Origin: Hormiphora californensis
Taxonomy: Eukaryota; Animalia; Ctenophora
DNA: 64,000 bases
Reading direction: 5' to 3'
NCBI GenBank assembly: GCA_020137815.1
Contig: CM035359.1
Location: forward strand, 7,688,001 to 7,752,000
The translations under genes were made by a program, and so were the position numbers. Below are positions 22,699 through 35,559 of this stretch, piece after piece. The first letter of the stretch is position 1. Each line of letters begins with the position of its first letter. The notes beneath the pieces are model-generated. The model made no database searches and was not told the DNA's origin. It saw nothing but the letters and a program-made list of their open reading frames with translations.

Positions 22699-25600
22699 AT
22701 GCCTAGCAGTAGTTTACAATTACAGGTGATTTCCCTGATAACCATTGCTCTTTGTTTTATCTACCTTTCAAATCGACAGCAGCAAGGTACGAGAGGACCT
22801 GAGAACACATATTTCGTTAGTGAGTTCATTTTTATTGTTATACTACTATGGGACTTGGTGGCATCTGCACCAAACTTACGGATGTCACCAATTAGGGGAC
22901 CATGAAATTATCTTTTTTTGAATTGGTTCAGCTGTATTTTCCACCTCAGATACAATTTCCCTTTACAGACCCGTGGTTACAAGAGGAGGACGATTTGGGC
23001 ATTCCTCTCGAGGTGAAGGATGCAGAAACCAAACCTTTAGTTACCATGGTAACTCATCCGATAGATACCACTGACCGGCCTGTTAATACCAATCAGGACT
23101 GGCCTGTGAATATGAATCAGGACTGGCCTGTGAATACCAACCAGGACTGGCCTGCTAATACCAACCAGGACTGGCCTGTTAATACCAACCAGGACTGGCC
23201 TGTGAATACGAACCAGGACTGGCCTGTTAATACCAATCAGGACTGGCCTGCTAATACCAACCAGGACTGGCCTGTTAATACCAACCAAGACAGAGCGGTT
23301 ATGAAGCTCAGTCTAGCAGAGGAAATGAAAACTGCAAAGTTTGATTTTCACTCCACTTCCCCTAGTACTGCTACTACTTCACCAGCCCCAACTACTGCAG
23401 GTCAACGAAAACAGGTGAATACTGAATTGCTGCTCTTAGAAACTATCTACTTCTAGACAGGCCAAATATTAATCATCGCTTTGGATTACTTTACGGTTTA
23501 TTTTCCCTTTCCTGATCAGACAATGTCAATAGAGGAGTTGGCAAGACCTGGAGAGGGGCTAGAAAACATGGTGAAATTTGGCAAAATGGAAAACTTTAAC
23601 TGTGACGCTACCCACTGTTATGTCAACAAACGTGTCATCAAAAAGTAAGTTAAAAGATAATTTAAGACAACTTGGGGGGGGGGGGGCTTCTTTAGCATTG
23701 ACCTGGGCAGGGATAACAAGAACTATTTCTCCAGAGAATTGATAATAGAAAGCCCGGAGGATATATTTCACATTCCTGCCTCCTGAAGATGAGTTTCTGA
23801 AAGAGTTTAGAAACCCCTGCTGGGTGAAGAATGACGGTGTTGGAACACCAACATTATTCTGCCTCCCTTATTTCTACATCATCGGTTAGCCAGAGAGTTC
23901 TACGAGATGCTAGGAATTATCAGCTAGTACTCGAATAAATTCATTATTTGTTAGGTGCTGTTTCAAGCATCAAACAGAATTCAAAAAAAAAGATTTTATT
24001 GTCTTTAGGTGTGACAAAGTGTGGAACGACCGATATCTTCTCTATTCTTCAAGAGCATCCTTTAGTTTCCTCCCGAGCCGGCAAAGAGACCCAATACTTT
24101 GATCGACTTAGAAGGGGAAGATCACCAAAAATGAACCGGAAACCGAACAGAGGTACAATTCGATTGTTCAATACATTGCTGGATGATAGTCTCAAACCCC
24201 CACAAATACAAATACAAAAACTTTTTGTGAGGGTAGCACTATTACCCTAGCCTATATAATGTATAATACCTTCACCTATTCAATTTGCAGATCCCAAGTC
24301 ACTAAGTTCGTGGACAAACAGTGGAAAATTCCGGGAAAATCTGCTGAAAACCTACAAAGAAGTTTCTGGGGATCCAATATTATTTCACGGTAAAACTAAT
24401 TCATTGAACTAAGTTTATTTTGGAACCAGTATTTTATCATCAAATGCATGTCACTAAAATTGCACTGCAGTGATGTATATACCCCCTAATTTAACTTGGC
24501 AGACGTGCCATTGTCCCTTGTTGAGTGACAACTGACAACTCAACAATGTGTCACATAACAACTACATCCCACAAGGTATTACAATGGACGCCACACCAGC
24601 CCATTCTTGGGATAATGAGTTCTGGGAGTACTTCCACCCAGGGTACCGAGAACCACCCGTTACCAACCCTGATCTGATTGGAACATTGTATCCTAAATCT
24701 AGAATTATAATCTCATTACGAGACCCAATTAAAAGGTATTTTCAACAAGATATGTGTTCACCAGTAGGTTTGTTCTAAATAAGTGAGAAATACTGCAAGC
24801 GTATTGTTATCGGTTACTGTAAAAGAACTCATCCCCATGCATTTATGAACATCAACATCAATATGAATATTTGACACCCCCTCACCCCTTACTCAACAAC
24901 CCTCCTCCTCAGGATGCAGTCCGCATATCAGTTTTTCTGTGCGGCAAAAGCATACAAATGTGATGAACCTGTGACACCTTTAAAGTTTCACAGGTAAGTC
25001 GACTCAGCTCTTCACAGTTTGCTTATAAACCTTATTCAGAATATCAATCACTTTTGCTAGCAATGTCAGTTATTTCACGTCTCTGGGCGCCATGGATTTG
25101 GGCATGGTATTGACGCCGTGAATAAACTTTTTTACTTTTTCAGCCTTGTATTGGAGGCGCTGGAAATGTTTTCAAAGTGCAGGCTGTCCAGCACAGTTAG
25201 AGGGTGCGTGTACAGTACTGACAACCATCAACTAGCAACCCATCTATACGCCAGGTGAATATTTGATTTGTCACCATCCGGAATTAGAATATTTGGTAGA
25301 ATATCGATCATGAGACTCAAGAATAGTCAAGCGATACATTATCTGTAGCAATAACTTCATTTATTTCCAGTATTTACTCTGTCTATTTGTCGGATTGGTT
25401 GGCTGTCTTTCCGAGGGATCAAGTACATGTTATCAAGTTTGAGGATCACATCACAAATCAGGCAGATAGTTTTGTAGAGATCTGTAACTTTCTTCAAATA
25501 GGTTAGTGGTTAATTCTAGGGATCTACTTTGGTTGGTTGAAGAATCCAGTATATTAAACCCCTCTCTCGATCCCGGTTCATCCTAACATTAACAACTTTC

Positions 25601-25802
25601 AGAACCATTTGTAAAGGAACTCCTAGAGGACTATATAGCACAAGGACACGAGGTGAAGAATGTGCTGCCTGATGAGCTGAGAATACCCTACATCATGCCA
25701 GAGACAATAGAGGTTCTAGAGACATTCTTTGCCCCCTTTTTAGGGGATTTAGTGACATTACTGGGGGATGAGAAATGGAGTTGGGGCAGACCGACATCAT
25801 GA
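22699..25802 (+). CDS. CHST15: Type II Golgi carbohydrate sulfotransferase, CHST15 (GalNAc4S-6ST)-like, spliced
   Basis: Exons ~22699-22786 (TM anchor), 22969-23414 (repeat stem), 23520-23644, 23735-23884 (FRNPCW...FCLPYFYII), 24009-24152 (GVTKCGTTD = 5'-PSB; GKETQYFD), 24291-24389, 24576-24735 (IIISLRDPIKR = 3'-PB), 24913-24992, 25144-25254, 25371-25501 (YSVYLSDWLAVFPRDQ), 25603-25802 (FFAPF...LLGDEKWSW). One apparent 1-nt indel near 23765; the start codon is uncertain. Confidence 0.82.
23073..23292 (+). repeat. Coding 24-bp tandem repeat (VNTNQDWP)x~9 in the sulfotransferase stem
   Basis: GACTGGCCTGTTAATACCAACCAG units, in frame. Confidence 0.9.
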
Positions 25803-25977
25803 ACCGTGTCACGAATTAACGGGAGCTCGGCTCCTACCAAGGTTTTTAACTAAAAAGAATAAGAAACTAAAATTAGCACAAGGCCAATTGAGACCTAAAA
25901 TGTTTTGTTTTGACCTGTCACCCCTCGGAACTGAAATGCTCACCCCACACCACCGTGCCTGGTGGCGGCGATATGAT

Positions 25978-28900
25978 TTTTGATTTGAAAAAGGATAAAA
26001 ATCGATATACAATATATAAAGACAATATCCCGGTTGGCTCCTATTGACGGAGTGTCAATATAGACGGAGCGCTTACACCTCAAAATACTATAAAAATTCA
26101 CTCACAGACAGTTCTCGCACACTACGGACAAACAGACTAATATAGTATACTTTTAATAGCTAAATAAAAATAGAAATAGCTATAAGGCTATTCACATTAG
26201 ACTAGTTGGTTAATTTTAATTCACTCATTAATGATAAAAATAATTACTTACCCTTGCCCATTTTTCCTAGTCCCCCACCCCTCCCCCATGATCCCCATCC
26301 AAAATTTAGTATACCGTCGGCTGTTGGTAGAGATTTATATCAGATAGAATTCATATCTGTGGTGGGGGCGCCCGTCCTGTTTCAAACTGTTCAACACCAC
26401 TCCAAACCTCATATTTGAGTACAATGTAAAGAATGAGCTATGTGTGGAGGTGGGAGAGATACCGCAGAAATAAAGGAAGAGAAAGGGACCCCCACCACAG
26501 AGGCGAATTAAGCTGTGTCATGTAAGGCGTTCCAGAGATGGTCTTTCAGTTTGGAGGAAAATGAATTGTGTTCGGTTGTATTTCTCAGTTCTTGAGGCAG
26601 TAAATTCCACTCAAGGTGGCAGCGGTAGAAGTAACAGTTTTTGAACAGGTCCACTCTGGGTTGTTCAATGCATATAATGTTCGTTCTGTCTCGTTTCGTT
26701 TGTTGTCTGGTGGTGCGTCTGAAATGTGATTCCGGATCGTATTTTTGTAGGAAAGATGGAAATTTTATAGGAGATGTTTCATAGAATATTTTATGGAACA
26801 ACTTAAGATCATTATATTGAAATTTTTGATTCATTGGGAGTACGTCAATCTCCCTGAGTTTCTTTACATACGTTTCTAAATTATAACTAGTGTCTGTTTC
26901 ACCTAATATCCATTTTGTGGCACGTTTCTGCAAACTTTCAAACTTAAGCAGACTTGAATCACTTACTGGTCGCCATATTTGGCTACAGTGTTCGAACAGG
27001 GATCTAACTAGACTAATGTAGAGGTTCTTTTTCTTTAGGGGGCATTTAACTAATACTCCTACACGCTTCACCAGTCCTAATCTTTGAGAAGCTTTGGAAA
27101 CAACAGTTTTCTGGTGTTCTATTGGCGATAATTTGTGGTTAGTTGAGACTCCTAGATCAATTTCTTTTTCACATGATTTAATTTCATTTCTGTCTAAGCG
27201 ATAATTTAATTGATGTCGATTAATGTTTTGAGTACATCTAAGCAGCTTACACTTGTTGGGATGGAATATCATTTTATTATCGTTAGCCCACTGCACTAAA
27301 CTATCGATGTCGGGCTGCAAACTATCTTCTTCACTATTTATAACACGCCATATTTTAAGATCATCTGCATATAGCCTAATTTTAGTTAGATCATCATCTC
27401 TTACAACATTAACTATATCATTTATAAATAACACAAACAAGAAAGGCCCTAGTATTGAGCCTTGTGGAACTCCACTCCTGACCTCTACCCATTCTGAGAA
27501 ATCCCCATCTAGCACAACCCTTTGTTGCCTACCGGATAAATAATTTATTAGGAAACGCAACATCTTACCTTCTAAATTGAACTCATTTTTTAATTTTCTT
27601 ATAATTACGTCATGTGATACACTATCGAAGGCCTTCTGAAAGTCAAAGTAAACTATGTCTGTTTGATATCGGTTATTTATGTTAAGCGCTAATTCGCAAT
27701 TAAATTCAATCAGCTGCGACGTACATGACTTAAGGGTACGCTAACCAAAAATTTTTTTCGAGTGCAGGGAAATCTCTCACCGTAGGGTTGTAGGCCATGC
27801 CAAGGAGACCTCAAATATGCAATTTGAGCTCTCAAGTCGAATTCATATTTTTGCTACAGCTGTTTAAAAAATGTCCTGAAAATACGTTTTTGGCATCCCA
27901 GAAAAACATTTTTAAAGATAAGAGCATGAAAATTTGGGGATTTGAAGAGGACATGATGGTGAATAACCACAAAAATAGGTTTTTGCAATCCGAGCTGATT
28001 TCCGGTCCTGAGGTGGATTTCTTTTTTTCCACTTTAACGCCCTATTTGGCAAAGTTCCGAAAACATGTGAAAGCTGTAAATTGGTGAAAAGTTGCGTCTA
28101 ACGATTATCTAAGTGGCCATAAATTTTGGGCGTGTCCTTATTTGAGATAAGCTGTACAGAGTTTTTTTTGTGAAAGCCGTCATTTCAGAAATAAATAAAT
28201 TCCCTGTATCTCAAAAACGGTTGATCGTAGAGACCTGAGACTATGCTTAAACGATTCAGAAGGTCCGATTTTGGGGGGGTCTTCTGAGAGACATTTTGCT
28301 CCTACTTCAACCGTTTTTGCTGTAATTGCGAAAAACAAAAACCCATCTTCGCCATCGTGGATTTTTTGTGATTTTGTTTTTGGTGATTATAGGGACCCAT
28401 ATGGACCAAATAGTGAAGGAATTAGCTTGTTACACACTTTTCCATAGTTTCGGTCCTTTCTTAGCTAAAATTCCCTAATTACAGGATATTGGAGTTTAGC
28501 TTTTGCCCTTTTCATAGAATTTGTTTTTCGCAATTACAGCAAAAACGGTTGAAGTAGGAGCAAAATGTCTCTCAGAAGACCCCCCCAAAATCGGACCTTC
28601 TGAATCGTTTAAGCATAGTCTCAGGTCTCTACGATCAGTCGTTTTTGAGATACAGGGAATTTATTTATTTCTGAAATGACGGCTTTCACAAAAAAAACTC
28701 TGTACAGCTTATCTCAAATAAGGACACGCCCAAAATTTATGGCCACTTAGATAATCGTTAGACGCAACTTTTCACCAATTTACAGCTTTCACATGTTTTC
28801 GGAACTTTGCCAAATAGGGCGTTAAAGTGGAAAAAAATAAATCCATCTCAGGACCAGAAATCAACTCGGATTGCAAAAAAATTTTTTGTGGTTATTCATC

Positions 28901-30597
28901 TTCATGTCCTCTTCAAATCCCTAAATTTTCATGCTCCTATCTTTAGAAAAAAATTTTTGAGATGCCAAAAACGTATTTACAGGACATTTTTTAAACAGCT
29001 GTAGCAAAAATATGAATTCGACTTAAGGGCTAAAATTGCATATTTGAGGTCTCCTTGGTATGGCCTACAACCCTACGGTGAGAGATTTCCCTGCACTCGA
29101 AAAAAATTTTTGGTTAGCGTACCCTTAAAGGGTACAAAACCATGCTGATAGGGAGTTATTTTATCTAAACAAGCTTTGTATAGGCGTTCTCTTACTAATT
29201 TCTCAAACACTTTCATAACAAGGCAAGTCAGGGATATAGGCCTATAATTCTCAACGCATGAACGATCCCCTTTCTTGTGAACTGGGACAACGTTCGCAGT
29301 TTTCCACTCTGTTGGTATACATCCCTCTGTATATGATTTATTGAATATAAGAGTAAGTGGATAAGCTAAGGATTTGTGACATTTCTTAAGGACAACACCA
29401 TCAATATTATCTGGACCTGTTGCTTTTGATACATCCAACTTTTTTAGAATTTTTAGGATCTCATCATATCTAAATTTCTCAAAGTTAAAATCAGTAGTGT
29501 GATCTCTATCCATATCCACAGTTTCTTGGTAAGTGCTAGATTCAGTGAATTGATTACAGAAAAATTCATTGAACATTTCACACTTACGATGACTCACAGA
29601 ACTGTAATTGTTATTAAAATGTACTGTCTCAGGAATTCTAGTACTATTTGTCTTGGACTTAACGTGTTTAAAAAATTTCTTAGATACATTAGCATTTGGT
29701 GAGTCTTCATCTATAATAGAGGAGAGCTCAAGAAAGGATGTTTCTTTCTCAATTGCAAGTGCTCTATATTGATGTTCTTTGAGTTCGTACTCCTCTTTAG
29801 CTACAATACTATCTTTATTTTTTAGGAAGGTTTTTCTAGAGTTATCAAACGATTTCTTAAGTTGGCGTAGCTCTTCATCATACCAGGGTGGTTGTGAGCC
29901 AATTTTTACATTGACTAATGGCACATTGTGACGAAGTGCAATGTCCAACCTCGACTTAAAGATTTGCAGGGACTGCTCCGCGGACAGATCCTTGAATTGT
30001 GCTAACCAGTCAATTCCTAAGAGCTCTTTATTTAGAGAGTCCCAATCAGCTTTTCTATAGGAAAATTTCTTACAATTCTTATACTTAGGGCGTGATTTTT
30101 TGAACTTTATCTCGCATTTTAGTGTAAGGTGGTCCGACTTTACAAGACAATTCTCTTCGAGCAAAACATTAGTATAGGCAGTATCTATGTTAGTAAGTAG
30201 TAGGTCAAGAATATTTCCGTCCCTATGTGTTGGTATGTTAACTAAGGATTTTAGGCCCAGAGATGAGAATAAATTAATAAAACTTTCGTGAGTACTATTG
30301 TTTGACACTGGGACGTCCCAGTTATCTACCGAACTTAGGTTTAAGTCCCCTATAATGGTAAGATTCTTAAACTTCTTGGCTAGATTGGTATAGTAACGTT
30401 CCGCCTCTTTGAAGTGTTCTAATCCAGAATAATCATATCTATAAAATGTAGAGATACAAAGCGGGGTTGTATTTTTATGCTTTAGAAGAATAGTAACTAT
30501 TGGTAGATCAGTTTTTGTTTTAACTATCTCCGTCTCAACGCCAATATTGTTTTTACAGAGTATTAAGACACCTCCTACAGAGTATTAAGACACCTCC
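25978..30597 (-). mobile_element. 5'-truncated CR1-group LINE (partial APE plus RT), split by a DNA transposon
   Basis: Minus frames: IIGDLNL...PTHRDGNILDLLLTN...KSDH (APE); KATGPDNI, NYRPISL, YQHGF; then YFDFQKAFD, GVPQGSILGP, LYADD; stop at 26508. 3' UTR ends in CAAATCAAAAATC at ~25978. Possible TATGAT TSD (25972-25977 and 30598-30603). Confidence 0.9.
27734..29124. mobile_element. Non-autonomous fold-back DNA transposon with TTAA TSD and GGG...CCC termini (Kolobok-like)
   Basis: TTAA|GGGTACGCTAACCAAAA...TTTTGGTTAGCGTACCC|TTAA with ~600-bp inverted arms. Removing the element plus one TTAA restores the host RT frame (HGFVPFKSCTSQLIEF). RR...YY termini with TTAA fit Kolobok rather than piggyBac (CCY...RGG). 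Confidence 0.88.
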
Positions 30598-30798
30598 TAT
30601 GATCGTGACATTTGGCGCTCAGGTTGTTTAGGCGCCAAAAGACAACCCTAATCTGATAATTTCATATTTGGACTGTCCAGCGGTGCCGCGAGTGATATAT
30701 ATATCTTAGTTAATACTAATACTATTAGTAATAGCCATGCAGTTTTGCTATTTTAGGTCCGTTATATGAATGAACAAGCAACAGCTTACAGCAGTATG

Positions 30799-31958
30799 TC
30801 AGTAACATGCTAGTAACACGTTACCTGAAATTGGGGTGTAGAATCCACAAGAGCAGTAGGCAGGATTGTCATTGTATTTCTCCCTTACTTCTCTACTGTC
30901 ATAGGCAGCCGGATAATCACAATGTATGTCAACCCATTTTTTAACAACACCCCAGATATCAATCCACATCTGAACACATCTTTCGCCCGGCGCATTAGGT
31001 TCATTGGTATTCCACTTAACATAGGTCGTCGGTGTCCCATCAGGCAAGACCCAGCCGTCAATGGGGCTATTCTCCCCTGTCTTGTCGTACAGACCTATAA
31101 TATACAGTGAAATCTGTTACTGAATACATGATTAACCTAAATGATTCACCTAGATATATAAGCATGATATGTATGATAAGGATTCTATCAAAGACGTTTT
31201 CTAGTCTGTCAGGCCAATGCTCTGACCACAGTTCTTGAGAGAATCGAGAATGGGTCAGGCCAATGCTCTGACAGTTTCTAGTAAAGTTATTCAACAAACC
31301 TATCCAGGTGTTAGTGACTTCATAGTGCAACATCTGCCACGCGAGCTGCGTGTTTTCTGCATCGTTCATTACCGTCGGGAGACTGCCACCTTTCTCCAAA
31401 CAGAACTTAGAACACTCCGTCTGTGTGCCCGTCTTTTCGGTGAATAAAGCAAATAGTTTCCTGCCCCCTAAAGATAGTATTATGTTTTTAGTGTCGATCT
31501 GCTGGATATCATGTCTCGTATTATCTTAGAATTCAGTACGTTACTTCAGGAGTCATGGGACTGCAATTGAGGGGCGCCGGGGAGGGGGCTCTATACTCAC
31601 TATTAGGTGTTGAAAGTTCAGTTGCCCTGTTGCAATCTGGTTCTTCTCCACAGCGAACTATCTGCTCCTTCCATTTCCCTCCACAGAAAAGGATCAGCGT
31701 ATCACCGGAACTGACCTCGCCTGACCCACTAGGCTCATATGAGAAGGGGATGGAGCTCTGTACGAGTGAACACGTCTCTGAAATTGTATGTAGAAGCTGG
31801 GTGATTATAGATAAAATACATATTACGACGAGTAAACACAGATGGATTATACACACAATTAGTAGTTTTATATTAGTTTGAAAGAACTAACCCTCTGTAC
31901 CATCTGCACTGTCGCTTCTTCCAACAATGACCAACAGACCAAGAAGCAGGTATATCAT
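30799..31958 (-). CDS. Secreted C-type lectin domain protein, spliced
   Basis: Exon 1 31892-31958 encodes a signal peptide (MIYLLLGLLVIVGRSDSA). Exon ~31540-31777 is Cys-containing. Exon ~31281-31467 gives CSKFCLEKGGSLPTVMNDAEN...TWIG. Exon ~30799/30825-31094 gives GWVLPDG...YVKWNTNEPN...ERCVQM...KWVDIHC. Confidence 0.82.
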
Positions 31959-32912
31959 TACACTAAGACAGTAGATATACGGAAAAAGGTAGAGCTAGCT
32001 ATTATTATAGGCAGTCGACATCGATTATTTGTTTTTCTTCCGCGGAAAGACTAAGAGGGTCGAGCAAGGCAATATGTGCCATCATGGGGTATAATAATGG
32101 GATCTGCATTCAACAACATTCAGGGTGTACATAGTTGAAAAGACTTTGAAAATATGTTTAACGACTTTTGAGAGAACTGTGCCAGCTGCATTGGAATTAT
32201 TGCTCCACCTACCCCCAAACTATCCCAGATCATTATCTTTAATTCTTTAAAGAATTCTGCCAGCTGCATTGGAATAGAAACTACAGCTGCCGGGCAGTTG
32301 ACATCGATAATATTTTTCTTCCGCGGAAAGATTATGGAAAATAATGCCAAAATAATGGCCCGGTAGCTGGGCCAATGCTCTGCCGCGGTTCTCGAAATGA
32401 GAGTAGGGCCCTATAGGGCCAGGCCAATTCTCTGAGTCAGAGTCTGAATGATTGGATATCGACAATCGACCACAATCCACATACAGTCAGACCCCAATTT
32501 GATTCTCAGATGGGGTCGGCGGCGCCAGACAGCATACAGCTAACTGTGCATTGGTAATTTATCTAGGAGAGATTAGAGGGACGGCATACAGCCTGAAAAA
32601 TCGTTTAGTCATGAATATACCACTATAGAGGTAGTGATAATGAGGTTGGTATGGCAAATAAAATTGTAGGGGGCCGAGGGAATGAAAGATATAAACCTCA
32701 TTTACCGGGCTGGGGGCTGGATTTTGTACGGTAAATTGAGGTTCACGGTAAGTCGAGGTTTGACTATAATTGTAGGCAGGTGAGGTATAGGTATACTACC
32801 AGCTGCTAGGTAGTAGTTCTGATCTTTCCCTATAATCGCCATGCAGTACTGATATTACTGAAGTGTGCACTGTGCAGGTACTATAGATTATAGATAGGAT
32901 GTGTGGTGGTAC

Positions 32913-33589
32913 TTGGTGACATTGACACCTAGTGCGTGCGAGATCGAGGTCGCGCAGCGACCGAGATCGAGCTCGCACATAGGTGTCCGCTCCGCCCCCT
33001 AAAAAAGGGTCTTGTCTTTCAAGCCAAATTGCACGTGATCCACTGGACCGATTTGCATACGGTTTGTCGCAAAAGACTACAAATTGGTCCTAGTTTACTG
33101 GAAAATACCCGAGAAGTTTGTCTGTCAACAGGAAGTGTGTCAAAATTGACACTGAAGTCAAATCTATAATATGGCTTCCGAGCCTTTTTGCACCACTCCC
33201 AGACGGTGTAGAATGAATCTGAGGGTATCAGAAGATAGGTTGAACTCTTGTGAGTACTGGAAAATACCCGGCATTAATAGCTGATGCTAATTGCATCAAC
33301 ATATCTCCCAATATCTACTAAATCGCATGGGCGTAGTGCAGAAACTCTCGGAAGCCAGATTATAGGTTTGACTTCAGTGTCAATTTTGACCCACTTCCTG
33401 TTGACAGACAAACTTCTCAGGTATTTTCCAGTATATTAGGATCATTTGTAGTCTTTTGCGACAAACCGGATGCGAATCGGTCCAGTGGATCGCGTGCAAC
33501 ATCCCTTGAAAGAAACGACCCTTTTTGAGGCGGAGCAGACACCTGTGTGTGAGCTCAATCTTGGTCGCGCACGGTGTCTATGTCACCAA
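32913..33589. mobile_element. MITE with ~270-bp imperfect TIRs and a 9-bp TSD (Mutator/MULE-like)
   Basis: TGGTGGTAC|TTGGTGACAT...ATGTCACCAA|TGGTGGTAC. The arms 32913-33180 and 33345-33589 are reverse complements. Confidence 0.82.
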
Positions 33590-33888
33590 TGGTGGTACTA
33601 CTATGTTTCTAGCTCCTACTGCTGGTAGGAGCTAGAAACACGTGAGAGATGTCATTGTTATCAGATGTTACGACATAGTAATTTAGTACTACAGCTGTAA
33701 TTATACTGACATCTCTCGTGAGCAACAAAAGGGGGGACGTCAAATGATTGAGCAAGAGTCAGCTAGTAGGGGAGTTCGCTGCCATGATAACTATAGAGCT
33801 GGCGTCAAAACAATGAATTAGCTTGCACAACTGTTCTTTGTGTCAATGATAGCATCTATAGGCGCCGCGAGCAGACACTGACAGCTGG

Positions 33889-35276
33889 GTAGGGGAGATT
33901 CGCCTCAAATGGGATACTTGGTCAAATGGGATATTGGGCTCCAGGGATTACTGTGGGATGTGCGTGATTTTCTGACATAGGATGCTGTTCTGATATAATC
34001 TTACACCATTCTTATAACGTTCAACAACTCATCTGAGAATTACAGTTCAAATAACACAGGGGTCCCCTTTGAAAAAAACGCAACTAGAAAGTTCAATCGA
34101 GCTCAGCTCGCTTTCTTATCTTTGTTTTGACTTGTATGCTAGATTTGCCCGATCAATAGGTTAGTTTAAACAATTTTCATTCCACTCCTGCTATGAATTT
34201 AGTGATAAATAACTATCTCATGACTTGATAACTTGATTTTACTTCATGCCTTGTTTTTGTTTAATGGGATGGTTTGCTGTTTGGCCAAATGGGGTATCCC
34301 ATTCGACCAAATTTTTGGTATCTCATTTGACCAAAAATTTACTTTTCTTTAATTAGATTCGTAATGACAGCGATTTCACGTCTCAAAAAACTCGGAAAAC
34401 CACTAGACAAAGCTGGGACACTGTCAGTATGAGGAAGGCCATCAAAGCTGTCAAGACAGGGGAATGTGGGTACCTTATGGCCTCGAAATTGTTCAACGTG
34501 CCCAAGAGCACCCTCGAACGGAGAGTGAAAGGGAAGAATAAGTTTGCAGAGGGTGCCTTGAAGATTCTGGGGAGCGGAACTACCATTTTGTCTGCAGATC
34601 TGGAACAGTGGAACAGCAGTTGTGTGATCACATCCTGCTACTGGAGGCGCATTTATTTTTTGACGATAACGGACATCCGTCGACTGGCCTACGAGCTCGC
34701 AGAGCGACATAATATCAAGCACAAGTGAAAGTGGTTGACCTTGATGACGTCGTTCTAGTGTAGGGAAAACCAGCTGTGGCCCCCAAGACTAGCAATCGGT
34801 TGTCGTCTTAGCTACTGTTTGAAGACCCGCGGCTCCAATCTTTCCAGCCGATTTACTAGCTAGTAGCTTCTAATGTCTGCCAGACTCTATGTATAGATAC
34901 GAATCATAACGTATCCCCTTGCATTTTTCTCTGACATCTCTAATGTCTGTTTATGATGATTTGCATCTGTCGTAGTAGTGTAAAACTTCATTTAGGTCAA
35001 ATGGGATACCATTTTTTGGCCCAAATGGGATATCCCATATTACCAAAAAGTACTATCCCATTTTACCACATTTTATTTCGGCTGTAAAATTTGCACCCCA
35101 AATGGGATATCACGATATTCACGCATCAGAGCATATCGGGCACATAAAACCATATTGGGGATATATATTGGGGCAAAACAGCATCCTGGGTTGTTAATCA
35201 GAAGGGATGAGTGTAATAACGTATGAGGTGTAGTCAAAAATATAATGGTATCCCATTATACGCTAATCTCCCCTAC
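33889..35276 (+). mobile_element. Internally deleted pogo/Tigger-like DNA transposon with an HTH-psq/CENP-B remnant
   Basis: TIRs GTAGGGGAGATT...AATCTCCCCTAC; multiple subterminal AAATGGGATAY motifs. ORF 34429-34728 (MRKAIKAVKTG...ASKLFNVPKSTLERRVKG...LTITDIRRLAYELAE) is typical of pogo N-terminal DNA-binding domains; no DDE domain. Confidence 0.8.
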
Positions 35277-35559
35277 TGGACCGATGGACCGATCAAATAT
35301 GACTCTCTTCCATATCTAATTACCTCAAAGTAAATAAAATGAAGCAGCTTGGCTATCCAGCTATCGGGAGAATCACTACATTATAGTCTCCTCCCTACAT
35401 ATGGTGTCTATAGTGGACAGAGTGTTGACGTGGCTCCGTGGATGCAGTGAGATTCTCAGTGAGAAGGGCCAGCAATTTGATTTGAGGGCGAGGCAGTTAA
35501 CATCAACTGCAGATTGGATGTTCACTATTTTTCTCTATCTATCTATCTCTCTGTATTAT

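Noticed and set aside
27734-29124. piggyBac assignment based on the TTAA TSD
   Set aside because: The termini are GGG...CCC rather than the CCY...RGG typical of piggyBac.
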